Shown here: positions 42,516-55,758 of the stretch, piece by piece
How positions within the stretch are numbered: position 1 is the stretch's first letter
How the letters are laid out: every line of letters starts with the position of its first letter
NCBI RefSeq assembly: GCF_009914755.1
Contig: NC_060926.1
Direction: 5' to 3' (one strand)
DNA: 64,000 nucleotides
Origin: the human T2T-CHM13v2.0 reference genome, Homo sapiens
The notes under the pieces: generated by a model
The model's input: only the letters and a program-made list of their open reading frames with translations
The model's database searches: none
What the model was told of the DNA's origin: nothing
Program-made: the position numbers and the translations under genes

Positions 42516-43328
42516 CCCTAAAGACAAAATCTTGTTAACATGTATATTTTTAGATAAATCACAGTTTACTCAAGAAATGTTAAAGAGATGTGATTTAGTG
42601 TCAAAAAGGAGTTGGTTGTAAGGGTTCTGCCTTGGGTTACATGAAGGATGATGAACCCCTGACCTGGCCTGGATGATGGGGCTGACATAGCCTTTGAACT
42701 TCAACTAGGCCTGACTCCTGCCCACCAGCACTGCTCTGAGGCCAACTGTTCTGGGATCAGCACTCCTAATCCCTGCCCGAGATGCCCTCCAGAGACAGAA
42801 TGCAACTCCTTACTATAATGCTAGTAATGCCTTTCTTTTCCCCTTCCTTGCTTGGCTTTTTTCTGAAGCAAAATTCTTTCATTAGCTCCTAATGTTGACA
42901 AGTGTGATATCCACTGATCAAACAGGTTGAAAATAATATGCACTTTAAAGATATGGTTTTATAATATGTATCTGACTCTGGGGGCTGTTGTTTAATAAGA
43001 TTGCAAAATCCAAAATTGGCCCCTAAAAGCTTGAAAGCACATCCAACTTATGTTTGATGCTCTGTAACTAAGAAACAATTTTTGAAAAGGAAGAAGAAGA
43101 TAAAAAATGAACTTAGGCTAGCGGAGTAGATGCCAAATTTCAGTCCCTTGAGCTGGAAAAACCTTCCAATCAGTCTGTAAATGAGTTGAAGGAGACTCAT
43201 GCACTCCTAAATATTTATTGTTGCTAAGTTTTATTGCTGTTAATATTCAGGTAATGGATTACTTTTTGTCCTTTGAAGTCAAATACCACCACTTAAGTGG
43301 TGACAAGTATTCACCTCCCTGAAATGGA

Positions 43329-43351
43329 ACACACACACACACAGACACACA

Positions 43352-43386
<35 letters not shown>
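43329..43386. repeat. Interrupted (CA)n microsatellite
   Basis: Direct reading; two GA interruptions. Confidence 0.95.
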
Positions 43387-43388
<2 letters not shown>

Positions 43389-43909
43389 CTCTGAGAGTTT
43401 TACCTTCTAAAACGGATTCAAGTGGAGTTTTTTTTTTTAGGTAATTAAAAAAGGAAGAAGGAAAAGATCATTAGCCTTCATATTTCACCCTATGATGAAT
43501 ATTCAATTCAGTCAAATGCATGGTTTTTTGAGGCTTTTTGTTCTTATCTCAGGATTTGTGAAGGCATGAAGGTAATCGCGTGGTGCAAAGAAGGAAAGAG
43601 GAGGCAGAACTGAGGCATCCACCAGAACTGCTCACACGGGTGGGCAGCATTACAGAAATGGATTTAGCTAGAGGGGGCAGGAGTCACTGAGTGCAGCTAG
43701 AAGGGCACAATAGTGGGAGGTGGCAAGTACCCTATTTCCCTGTCCCCTCGAGTTCCAGAGAAGGATCCACTAAGAAGGTCCATCTACAAGTTTAGGCTCC
43801 CTCTAGATCCTGGGGCAGTCATGCCTGGATCATGACAGAGACCTAGAACCTGACCATCAGGTAGAAACAAATGAAGTTCATCAAGCGGCAAAGTGGAAGA
43901 AGGTATATA

Positions 43910-44120
43910 TACAATGGTTAGAATTGGACTTGGAACCTAGACCTTCTAGGATTAAATATTGGCCGCACCACTTACTAGTTTTGTGACCTTGGTGACCTTA
44001 CCTCACCTCTCTGTGACTCAATGTAGCACCTGCTTCGGATGGTTATTTTGAAGATTATATTAGCTAATACATGTCAAGTTCTTAGTATGACTTCTGATAC
44101 ACAGTGAGCTATGCTATATT
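43910..44120 (+). mobile_element. MIR
   Basis: caccttactagttttgtgaccttgg...acctctctgtgactca...ggttattttgaagatta. Confidence 0.7.
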
Positions 44121-44469
44121 TTACTATATATAGGTATACTTTACTGTACTCTAGCTTTATGATGTCATATTTAAAGAAGCAGCCAGTACTAAACTTTAGC
44201 CAATGCTGGAATGCTGCCACATATTTAGGTTTTTCAGTAAAATCTAGAAATTGAGAATTTATGTGAAATGTCAAGACTTTTAAATGTGAAATGTCATGAC
44301 TAAATTAAATGAACTAACTCAGGTCTGGTTTATTTTTAAAGAACTATGTGTGGTCTGAACAAAACATGTCTGCAGGATGAATGCACCCTGAAGGTTGAAG
44401 TTTATGATTGTGGCAATCAAACCTTTGACTAAAACTTCAGGGTCACGAGCCCCTCTCTTGCTTCATTCT

Positions 44470-44658
44470 TTGCTCCAGCACTTCTCACCATCTGACACAC
44501 ACTGTACTTGTTTGTCATCTGTCTTTCCTCCCTCCAATCACCACACAAGAATGAAGCTTCTTGGGGGCAAAGATTTTTGTTTTGCATACTGCGATATTCC
44601 TATATCCCAGAACAGGGCATGGGATACAGTAAACACTCAAAAGGTGCTGAATGAATAG
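44470..44658 (+). mobile_element. L2 3' end
   Basis: gaagcttcttgggggcaaagatttttg...cccagaacagggcatgggatacagtaaacactcaa...tgaatgaat. Confidence 0.75.
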
Positions 44659-44723
44659 TCATACTCAATCTTCACTCTCTCCTTCTAGGACTGCCCCAGT
44701 CTACACAAATCCCTTCCTTCTAG

Positions 44724-44948
44724 CAGACTGAGTCACACAAGAATAAGGAGAGTGAAGTCTACATGTTGGGGACTAGAGTGAATCGAAGCTTTTCTGGAAG
44801 GAGCTCCGTGAACCTGGCTTTGAGAATCTATAAAAAACAAGCCAAGTAAAATGTCCAAGAGGTAGTGGTGCTGAAGAATCCAAGAACTTTTCGAAATACT
44901 TAACAAAACTATCACAAATGTATTCCAATAAAACATTTTGCGATAGCA
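44724..44948 (+). other. Candidate terminal exon of a plus-strand (antisense) non-coding transcript
   Basis: Acceptors ttcactctctccttctag (44688) and cccttccttctag/cag (44723/44726); TGTA 44919; AATAAA 44927-44932; CA at 44947-44948; T-rich downstream. Confidence 0.35.
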
Positions 44949-45860
44949 AAACTATCTCTCTCAAAAAATTTTTGACAGTGTGAATCTCTGTATATTAAGA
45001 TAATTTTACTTCCATTTGGAGATCCATCCAAAATTGCACCTTTGTGTAATACCTGAACAAAGGCAATCAGAGTTAATTTCTAATAATGGCTCTAAAGTAC
45101 CCACACTGCCTACAAATTATTTTGAAATATCAAGGTGGCCAAGACGTTGAACTTCCCTGTATGACCAGAAAAAGATAAAATGTGTGTATGTTGTCACTTA
45201 AGGCAAATTAATTGGCTCCATGGCAACTAAGCTGGTAGACAATAATAAATTATAAAACTCACTTTTAATACATTGGAAAACTTTCTTGAACAACTCTATC
45301 TCCTTCCATCCAACCATCCATTTATTCATCCATTATATGCTCTCAAAACTACTATCCTTGATGGTTTAAACTTGTTATTTATCAAGTTACTGAGAGACCA
45401 AGATATATATGCAAGAGGTAAAGTGCTAAAGGTGAAGACATGCAATTCTTGCCTTCATGAAGCTCCCAGTCTCTTATGGGTACCAATCATTAAATAAATC
45501 CTCAAAAAATCATGATGATCCTGACCACTTATCTCTCATATGACCTGGTCTCGGTCCCCAGAAATGGCAATCTGACCTTCAACTATGTGTGCTAATGTTT
45601 CCTGCTCTGATTTTCAATTTGACCATAGTGGGTTTCTTCTAATCATGTGTCTATGTTGATTTTTAAAGCTTTAATTATTGCAGGAGAATTATAATACCTC
45701 TTCCAAGTATTTATGATTTCTCAACTGAATCTCTTTTTTCAAGATTCAGTATTTGAAAAACCTCCAAATTTCCCAAGAAATAATGTGAAGAAACTCCCAC
45801 ATGGAAACATTATCCACGGACCATGGTATGAATAACCAGGATCCAGGGTTTAGAAAGATC

Positions 45861-45996
45861 TTTTCTTTTTCACTTTTCAGAGTAAGGGTCTCACTTATGT
45901 TGCACAGGCTGGCCTTGAACTCCTGGGCTCAAATCTTCCCACCTCAGTCTCCCAAGTAGCTGCTGGGACTACAGTTGTGCATCACCACAGCTGGCT
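45861..45996 (-). mobile_element. FLAM (free left Alu monomer)
   Basis: agggtctcacttatgttgcacaggctggccttgaactcctgggctcaa...gggactacag. Confidence 0.85.
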
Positions 45997-46149
45997 ATAT
46001 GGGAGAACTTTTCTAACATAAACAACATAGATTGGTTAGTCCAGAGAAAGCAAGGTAACAAAAGTCATTGCGAAGATTGCAAAAAGTCTGCAGAGAAAAA
46101 CCAGAAGGAAAAAAAAAAGAAAGAAAGAACCCCCCTCCCCCACCCCGCT

Positions 46150-46151
<2 letters not shown>

Positions 46152-46187
<36 letters not shown>
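46152..46187. repeat. (AC)18 microsatellite
   Basis: Direct reading. Confidence 0.97.
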
Positions 46188-46190
<3 letters not shown>

Positions 46191-46649
46191 GAAACTTTTG
46201 GAGATGTGCTTTCTCTCTTTCTCTTTGGGATTTTCCTCTTCCCCTGTCCAATCTTTCCTTGAACTCTGATGTTCCACAAGGCTTGATCCTTTTCTGCTTT
46301 CACTCTATGCATTCTGCTAAGGGCTGCAAACTCAAATATCAATAGGAACTAAGTAATATAAGCAGATGAAGTGAGTTGGTTGGTACTCTGGCAAAAAATA
46401 AAATAAAATAAATTTAAGAGTGCCCAATCTATTGGTACTGCCTTTTTCTTAACCCAGCATATTGTCACTTTCTTGGAATTTAGGCATAATATCACTAGGT
46501 CTATTAATAGGTTATTATATAAAATCCATGAATTTTTTAAAAAGCAAAATAAATGAAGCAAATTTTAGAGACTGATATAGCCTAAGGAATACCAATTTCT
46601 GGCTTCTAATTTATACTGTATCAAGTTTAAAATCTTTATCTTTAGATCT

Positions 46650-48080
46650 AACACTCTCAGGAGTTCTAGAGACATGTATTAAACTTCCAACAGGATATAT
46701 CCAGGGACGCTCCAAACTCCTAGTTCCAATTCTTGAGCTCAAAACTGTGTCCTATAATCCTGCTCATTTCTCTGGACTTTTTTATCCTGTTGAATGGTAC
46801 CATCTGTTACACTGGGTTCTGCCTTCTTCCCTTCTTCTTAGCCATCCCCATCTAATCAACCCCCAAGTTTCAAAGAGTCTCCTCAATTCCTTGTCCTTGT
46901 CCCTTTAGCTCATTCAGTCCAGACAATTAGTGCCTCATTTCAATGATTACAATAACCTGATAGTTTTCTCCAATTTAATGTTATGAACTCCATCACAGTT
47001 AAATATATAACAAGGAAAGCTGGTATTGTTTCTACTCTGCTCAAATGTCTTTGCTGGCTCCCAGTATCCTACAGGATAACATTTGCCTCTTTAGTGCAGC
47101 AAGCATAGCCCTCAGATTCTGGCCTCTGACTGCTCATCCAGCCTCATCTCCACTCATTCCAAACATATATCATAGCTTTGCAGAACTACTTGTTTTATTC
47201 CAGAACATGCCATAGTTTTTGTGCCTCTAGTTTTTTATATTTTCTCTTCTCTTTGCCTGATATACTCTCATGCTAGTCCCCTTCTCCATACAGTCAACTC
47301 CTACACATCCTTTAAGCCTCAGTTCAAGCCATTCCTTTCTTCCCTGTGAAGATTTAGGCTCTCTTTTGAATACAACTGTACCCAAGCAAACACAGACTAA
47401 TCATTAAGGATAGGAAAAGGATAGCATCATTCATCCTTATAACAGAGCATTTAGTACACCATCTGGCACACTGTGTTGGCTTCATAAATATCTGTTAAAT
47501 AAAGGATGAGTGAGCTGTGGGTTTTCAGAAGAAAGAATGCACAGTTGGGGAAAAGAAAGAAAGAAATGAGGGATTTGGATTTGAATGATCTCTGGTATAG
47601 ACTACTGCCAGAGCCTTCTACCTAGTCTACGAATTAATCAAATCATGCCTCACCCCTATCCAACCCTCCAATGGCTTCCTATTGAACTCAGAATGAACAA
47701 ATGCAAACTCATCACTAAGACAAGGCCATCCCCACCTTAACAGCTTTGCCTCCTATACCTCTCCCCTTCTTCCCTGGGCTTATTTCCACTCTTAGAATGT
47801 GCCACATGTTACTTCTGCTGGAATGCTCGTCCCCCTATTGGCCTTCACTTCTTGTCAATCAGGTGTTAGCCAAAATTTCATCTCTCAGGGACGCCTTCCC
47901 AGGTCACCTCATCTAGCTACCACACCACCTTCCTCCTACTCACCCCTCTTTTTTCATTACCTTATCTTCTTTACTTCACAGCTCTTAACTATATCTGAAA
48001 TTATTTTAACTTATTTGCAGTCTCCACCACCAGAATGTAAATTTCATTCACCTCTCTGTGCTTGTCTTTGTTTTTCCTGG
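46650..48080 (+). mobile_element. L2 fragments (two consecutive 3' portions)
   Basis: Pyrimidine-rich sense L2 text; first tail ctggcacactgtg...ataaatatctgttaaat near 47500; second copy from about 47630. Confidence 0.7.
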
Positions 48081-48213
48081 AATAATATCTACCTTCTCTG
48101 GTCAGTTCTTAAGAAGTTCTAGGAAAGAATCCCATCAAACTTTTGATGTATAGAGTTTGGCTCCACTAAAAAAAAAAGTCTGAGTACAATGAATATATGT
48201 ACCATACAAATAC

Positions 48214-48256
48214 AGATTATGTAGGTTAACCTACATAATCTATCCTATGTAGGATA
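48214..48256. repeat. 28-bp perfect palindrome plus an adjacent 7-bp inverted repeat
   Basis: agattatgtaggtt|aacctacataatct (48214-48241); tatccta-tg-taggata (48241-48256). Confidence 0.95.
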
Positions 48257-48257
48257 A

Positions 48258-48578
<321 letters not shown>

Positions 48579-49574
48579 CAAGCATCTTAATCTTAAACAA
48601 AAGGATAAACTGCTATCAGATCTTTATATCCTCATAATCATGGCTTTCTCTACAACCAAAATTTGTAGTCTCCTCTTGTAGGCAGGAGCTATTTTGCTAG
48701 GCTATAATTTTTACATCATTCTCAAATGCATATATCTGCATGGAGAAATTGTATGACTTGTCTTCAAAGAAAATTATTGAAAATTAAGCTTTCAAAAATA
48801 CTGACTCCAAAATAACTGTTAATGTCCAAGCATGTAAACAGAAATTAACAATTACCATTTCACAGCCCTCCAAATGTTTATAAACATAAAGCCTACTTCT
48901 TTCTAAAAGTATGAATATCGAGTTTCCTTTTTTCATTTTAATAATGGTCTGAACTAACTTTAGGTAAATCATTATGGAAAAATAATTTTAGAGAATCATG
49001 TCATCATATAATTTTTTTTTTAGTGAACTGTTCTTTTTATCACCTTGAAATTATAGTTCCCAATACAGTGTCCTTGTTAAGTATGAATATTTTGAATTTA
49101 AATATTTGTAGTCTATGGCTCAGGAAAAGTAGGGAAAATAAACACAAATAAATATTTGTGTAACCTGAAAAAACAGGACCAAAATATCTTCTGAAATCAT
49201 GACTTCATTTTTTTATAGCTTGGAAGTTCGAGAAAACAAAATATTTATTTTGTCCAGGAACTCTCCTCTCCTCTTATAATTAATATTTGATAAGGAATAA
49301 GATTTCCATCAATGTATGAAAATTTGACTGAACATTCACTGTGGTTCTCTTCTGGGCAAAGCTACTTTTACAGCTTACAAGTTCCCTCCATTATTGCATT
49401 TTCTTTGAATTGCTTTATTAATTAGATAGCATGGAAAATAAGTCTCCAATTTGTAAAACTATATATAATTGAAACCTAAATATAAATTACTGTGGCATCA
49501 CTCTGTTGACTTTATTAGCAGGTAATAATGGCTGATGAAGATAATAATATGTAACAAAAACTCTTCCTCCTCTA

Positions 49575-50480
49575 CTAACATTTATTGAGTACTTATGACC
49601 TAGGTGCTGACATGTTTTACCTTCACTGTAAAGTAAATTGTATGAAGTAGGTACTATTAATGCTGCTGATACAGAAGGGCTGGGCTCCTGGCTAAACCCC
49701 ACCCTCAAGCCTGGACCCGTGGCCCTAAATGAGAACAGGCATTCCTGTTTTTGTGCCCAAATGTTACCATTTGGCCTGCCACACCCCCCATCCTGTGCCC
49801 ATATAAACCCCAAACCCCAGGCTCCAAGAGCAGAAGAGTGGCAGAGTGGCAGAGCAGAGAAGGAGGGAAGAGAGGAAGCGTCTGAACATCGAGAGGAGTT
49901 CGACTGGGGACAGTTAGAGAGGAGATTGGCTGCGGGATTGCCGAACTCCAGGGGAAGATTATCTTCCCACCCCATCCCCTCTCCAGCTTTCCATCCTGCT
50001 GAGAGCCACCTCCATCATTCAGTAAAATCCCCGCGTTCACCATCCTTGAAGTCCATGTGACCTGATTCTTCCTGGATGCCAGACAAGAATTTGGGATGCA
50101 CTAGGTGGAGGAACCCAAAAAGGCTGTCACACTGACTCTTCACTAGCTGTTTAACACTTAAGCCATCCCCAGATGTTAGGACTAAAAGAGCACTGTAACA
50201 CCCCTAGACCCTGCCATGGGGCTGGAGCCCAAAAGCACTCACCCCGCCTCCTGCACCTGTTCATCTGTGTGCTCCCCTTCCCGTAAGGCGTTTGAGCACA
50301 CAGTGGCCGAGTAAACAAGACACCCATCACAAGACCCACAAAGAGGTCCAGGGAATTCTCCTGTCTCACTGCCATTGGACAGATGAGGAAACTGAGGCAT
50401 AAAGGGGTTAAGTAGTTGCCCTAGGTCTCAGGTCTGGGTCCAAACCCAGGCAGTGTGACTCTAGAACCCTTGCTCATAAA
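49575..50480 (-). mobile_element. MIR split by an LTR insertion
   Basis: catttattgagtacttatg...gtaggtactattaatg (left) resumes as ccattggacagatgaggaaactgaggc...aaacccaggcagtgtgactctagaaccc (right). Confidence 0.8.
49667..50368 (+). mobile_element. ERV1 solo LTR (LTR27/LTR28/LTR1 group)
   Basis: tgatacagaagggctgggctcc...ctgtctca; 4-bp TSD ctgc at 49663 and 50369; TATAAA 49802-49807; shares blocks with the LTR at 8128. Confidence 0.85.
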
Positions 50481-50899
50481 TATTACCTTTAGTAAGTGAA
50501 TAAATACATGAGAAGCTTTTAAAATAGAGCCTGACATGGGTGAGTTCTTAATGTTAGCAGCTATTACGCTGTTTCTAAGCTTACTCATCAATTCTACCAT
50601 TAGATCACAAAAAACCTGCATTTTACTAAGGGCTTTCTAATTTGTCTCTATGAAACCGAAATATAAACTACTATGGTATCATTCTGTCGACTTTATTAAC
50701 AACAGACTTTATTTATTATAACTACCATGAAAAAATTACATTTCAATGCAATAACTAGGTATTATTTTTCGTTTTGAGATAGGTAGAGATCAGTAGCCTC
50801 AATTTCCATAGAAGACCTGAAGTTAGAAGAAAGCTGAGTAACTTTTTCATGGTTCTACTCTTAATAACAGAATCTCTCCTTTGTACGAGAAATTCATTC

Positions 50900-51400
50900 T
50901 TTGTGGCTCAGGACTACCTGACCAGAACCAGTTCCTGTACCCTCCCCTTCAAGAAGGGGATGAGAAAGGCTCAGAAAGGTCATGTGAGGCCAAACAAGTA
51001 ACCATCCAGCCCCAGGCTAGAGTAATTGATTCAGAGATGTTTGGCCAATTAGAGTCATTTTGAGATATTTTTGTCAGGCAGGTCTATGGGAAAAAACTCT
51101 CTATTTATGAGGCTACCCTGCTGTTACGATGTAAGACTGGAACAAGAGGCCATCTTGTCTAGCATGCAGAAAAACTAACCCTGAGAGAAATGGAGAAACA
51201 CAGTTCTGATGACAGGGCTGGATTAAGTCCCTTAATCCAGCTATGTATGACCCAATGATAACCCTAGGTAGCTCATATCATAAATTACAGCTCCCTCCAC
51301 TTAAAAATTCGATTGATCTGAGTCAATTGATTGAGTCAACTGATTCAACTGATTGAGTCAGTTGAAATTAGGTTTCTGTCACTTGCAACTTTCTATCATC
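50900..51400 (+). mobile_element. MLT1 (J/K/L-like) MaLR LTR remnant
   Basis: ggccaattagagtc...ctgatgaca...aatccagctatg...ggtttctgtcacttgcaac. Confidence 0.6.
51319..51360. promoter_or_regulatory. AP-1 motif cluster
   Basis: TGAGTCA at 51319, 51332 and 51354 plus TGATTCA at 51341. Confidence 0.5.
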
Positions 51401-53324
51401 AAAGACTCTTGTTATTTTTCTTCATGGTCTTTGTGTTTTTAAAAACATTATATAACAAATGCCTCAATTACTTAAAAATCAACTTGACTTATCAAGAGAA
51501 AACATGGATTAATAAAGTTCTTTGGAATTTTATCAATGGAATTCTTATGTCTAAGATGAGTAAGTGTACAATTTATGTTGCTTAAAAAATTGTTTCTGAA
51601 TATTAAAAATATCTAAGAGTAGGTCATTTTTGCTTTAAAGGCCCATCAAAAGCTAAAGAACTGCTATTTTAGAAGCTAAGTAACAAAATAAAACAAAGAA
51701 AAATACTTGACAGTTCTTGAGGAGTTGAAACTATTTCTATACTTTCAAAAAATCCCTTGAACTCACCACTCCCTAACAACAAAATTCTTCAAGGAAGAGA
51801 ATCAGTGTGCTTTAGTAATCTGAATAAAACATTCAAGTGCCATGAAAATTAGCATCTAAGCTCCAAATTCTGGGTGTGCCTAATGAAAATCAGGCAGAGA
51901 AGCTAATGGGAAATTTAACACAGGCCAAGTGTCATTATTGTTGTAAGAAAAATACTATAATTAAAACGTTTCTGAGTCCTGGTCAATGACCTACAGTAAT
52001 AATGCTTTGTTGACCTTATTATAGAAATAATTTTTCATTACTAATTCAGTAAAAGAGTCCCTTTTTCAGTCTTCGAGCATAAATAATAAAGGAAAAATCA
52101 GCACCTGATTTTTCATTGAAGCATAAGAAGCAATGCAAAGTCACTGACTAGTTAAGAAGGAAACCAAATTCCAAAGCCACAGTGAACAGGAAGGCAAGAA
52201 AATAAAAACAGACACATTTTATAGAAGAAAGAATAAAAGCAGTAGATCTAGCTGATTCTGGCAAAAGATAAAGGAGAAATGGTGGAAGCATTCGATTTCA
52301 TTCATTCTACATTACCTACATTCTGAGAAGCTCAGGGGCTGTGGTCTGTACATTAGAAGTCAGATTGATTACATTCAATCTGCATGGAAAGAATATTTCT
52401 TTCAAATTATTATTGTGTCTTAAACTTATTTAGAAAATTACTCTCTAGAATGACATTTGAGTATTATAAGATAATATACAGCCTCCCTGGAGGTCCCTGT
52501 ACTGGGATTTCACCTGTGAGCTCTGCCTGCCGTTTCTCTTCTCTTCTGGCTAGTTATCCACAGGAACCTGCGTTTGAGGAGAACTCAAAGTGTGCTGTGC
52601 TCTGGGAAGATGAACATATTCTCTTTATTTAGCAATATAGAAGTAGGGAATGCTCACAGCAATGGCCAAATAGAAATGATTAGGGCAAGCTTTATATAAA
52701 AAATGCCATGTATGTTGTTTGAGAGGCAAAAAACAAAGTCATATCATTTGAAATTTGTCAGGGGCAGAGAGAACTGTGGCAAAAATTCCATAAAGATTCT
52801 TTTAAAATTCTACCATGTTACTATGTTACCCCAAGGAAAATGACACATTAAGCCTTTAACAATCATTTTCCTAACAACATAGATTGACTACATTCCCTCA
52901 AGGAAAACTGGCTCCTATGAAAATGGGAGCCCAGAATAGATCAAATGTGATAAGGGACTGAGGAGGAGAGGGGGGCAGAGTCCAGAGCAAGGGCCAACAC
53001 ATGAAATGACCTTGGGGTGAGGAAGATAACAAGAATGCACTGACATGATGGCCGAACATATCAGAATGTGGTGGGCTAAGGCCAAAGCTGGGAGCTTATG
53101 TCCCATCCAAAGGCATTCAAAGCTTAATTTTTAGAAAAGCAAAACTGCTTGGCTAGGCAAGCACAATAGCTGCAGTGGCCCCCATTTTATGACCTGTGCT
53201 CTACCGAACACTAATGTCCCTGAAGATGTTCTCAGGTGTCAAATCAAATCAAGACCAAACAAACCTACAAACAAACCAAAAGTGAGGTCTAATGAGAAAA
53301 ACATTTGGGAAACATAAAGTACAC

Positions 53325-53761
53325 TGGAGTATCTTCTGTCTGCCTCTATAGATTCACTCTCTACCTTTCTTGGCCCTGCTCTGTGCCCTAGCAGGTTGAC
53401 CCAAATGGACTGCATTAAAGGGCTCCCTTGTCCTCTGGTTCTGGTTGGTTTCAGCCAACTGCAGATACATGTAGGAGATTTTTTAGGTATTCATTCTGCT
53501 GCTCCTTCTTGCAAATAAGTTGGCTGTATCTTTCTAACAATGGGCATACTCAGTTGGCTCTCTTTAAGTTCTAGTAGCCACTCCTTCCACTTGCCCTTTC
53601 AGACCCAGGGGTGGTAACACTGTTACTAGATCCAGAGCATTGTACTATCCCTTGGTACCTTCCTTAAACTTTGCCCATATCTTTGTAAGAAGTCCTCCTA
53701 TTAAAGTTTCCTCAAGTTATAAGTTTAAGTGTGCTGTATGTTTCTTGCCATGTCTCTGACA
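53325..53761 (+). mobile_element. LTR33-like ERVL LTR nested in a Charlie4-like relic
   Basis: ccctgctctgtgccctagcaggttgacc...ggactgcatt...gggctcccttgtcctctggttctggttgg; ATTAAA near 53700; flanks continue the hAT relic (catttgggaaac / gcaagacttctcagag). Confidence 0.65.
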
Positions 53762-54433
53762 TTGGGTAAAAGAAAATAACTTTTTTTTTTTTTTTTTGCA
53801 AGACTTCTCAGAGTCCTTAAAATACTAGTGTGTAGTGTGAATATTCAAGAGTGGTATAAAATAATACTGTCCATTAGACTCCAATCCAGAAAGAGAGACA
53901 TGTCAGAGTGGGTAGTGGTTGAGATGTCCCAGGAATCAAAGATAACCAAAGCTTAAAAGGCGGTGGCCATGAGAGCAGGGTGTTGAGAAGACCAGCTTCT
54001 CTAATGCATGATTTCTCAAGTTTAAAGTTAGGGGAGGTAAGTTCTGGGAAGAGTATTGGGTAATGGTAATCTTAAAAGTTGAAAAAAATATCTTCTGCAT
54101 GCTGTGGATTCTTGTAGACTCCTTTCAAGGTTCTTTTTTTCCCTTTTTCTTTCCTCTCATTCTTTCTTCCTTTTCTTTTTTTTTCTTTTTTTATTATAAG
54201 CATTTCATTCAGGATCTTTGAACCAATAAAGCTAGGGGAAGTGTTTGGTACTTCCTTTCTGCTTTTTACTGTACTTTCTGGACTACATACTAGGATATCA
54301 TATTGCTCAATAAAAATGTTCATATAAAAACTTTGCTTCAACTAGTGAAATGAACCTGAAAACAGAACTAGAAACACTGAGGATAATAAAATACATTTAA
54401 ATCTCTCCTCCACAAACCTTTAAAGTAATGTCA

Positions 54434-55100
<667 letters not shown>

Positions 55101-55109
55101 TTTACACTC

Positions 55110-55290
55110 ATTATTTTATTTATGTCTCACAACCTCTTGATGGTCTTTTTAATCTCCATTTAACAGATGAGGAAACTGAGGCTTCAGAAAGACATAATAT
55201 CTTGCCAAAATGGCATGCTTAGGAAATGGAAGGACTAGGATTTAAAACTATGCCTGGCAAATTCCAAGCTTTTGCTATTTCTAATACAGT
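55110..55290 (-). mobile_element. MIR
   Basis: ctccatttaacagatgaggaaactgaggct. Confidence 0.8.
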
Positions 55291-55600
55291 ACATCAGGAC
55301 AAAATTTAAGGTTTTTTAAATTGGCTCTTAAAAATTAATATATAATGATTTGTTTCTAAGAAATTATTTCCCCTCATCTGATTTAGGAGAATCAAAAGGT
55401 TTACCTGGTTTGCTCTTCATAAGCTTTACAAGGAGGTGTGTGCATGCACACATACTTCTATAGCATTTAGCGAGGACAATAAGAAATTTGATGGTTATGC
55501 CACTCACTGCACACTTAGGGACATCATAGCATATAAAAGAAATCCAATTAAGAGTTGTTTGGAGGTGACTAGTAGAAAAAGGATTATTTATCCCATCACA

Positions 55601-55758
55601 TTATAAATAGCCAGGAGCCAGGCAGAGAAGCAGCTGGGTGCAAGGAAGCATTAGGGAGCTGTGTCTAGGGTACCGCCAGAGAAGAAGGTGGCAGCTGGGA
55701 GTGGGGAGGGTTTCAGCATCCAACATTTAAAATGATTCAAACAGGAAAATGCCAGCTG
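55601..55758 (-). promoter_or_regulatory. MEF2/TATA plus triple E-box module (candidate muscle-type promoter or enhancer)
   Basis: ttataaatag 55601-55610; CAGCTG at 55631, 55692 and 55753; repeat-free context. Confidence 0.55.

Noticed and set aside
43425-43446. Poly-T ag|gtaatt recursive-splice-like site
   Set aside because: On the plus strand, opposite the inferred host; the poly-T run makes a chance match likely
49487-50060. Longest ORFs in the track (162, 140 and 112 aa)
   Set aside because: They overlap on both strands within a GC-rich solo LTR and MIR and resemble no protein; expected by chance
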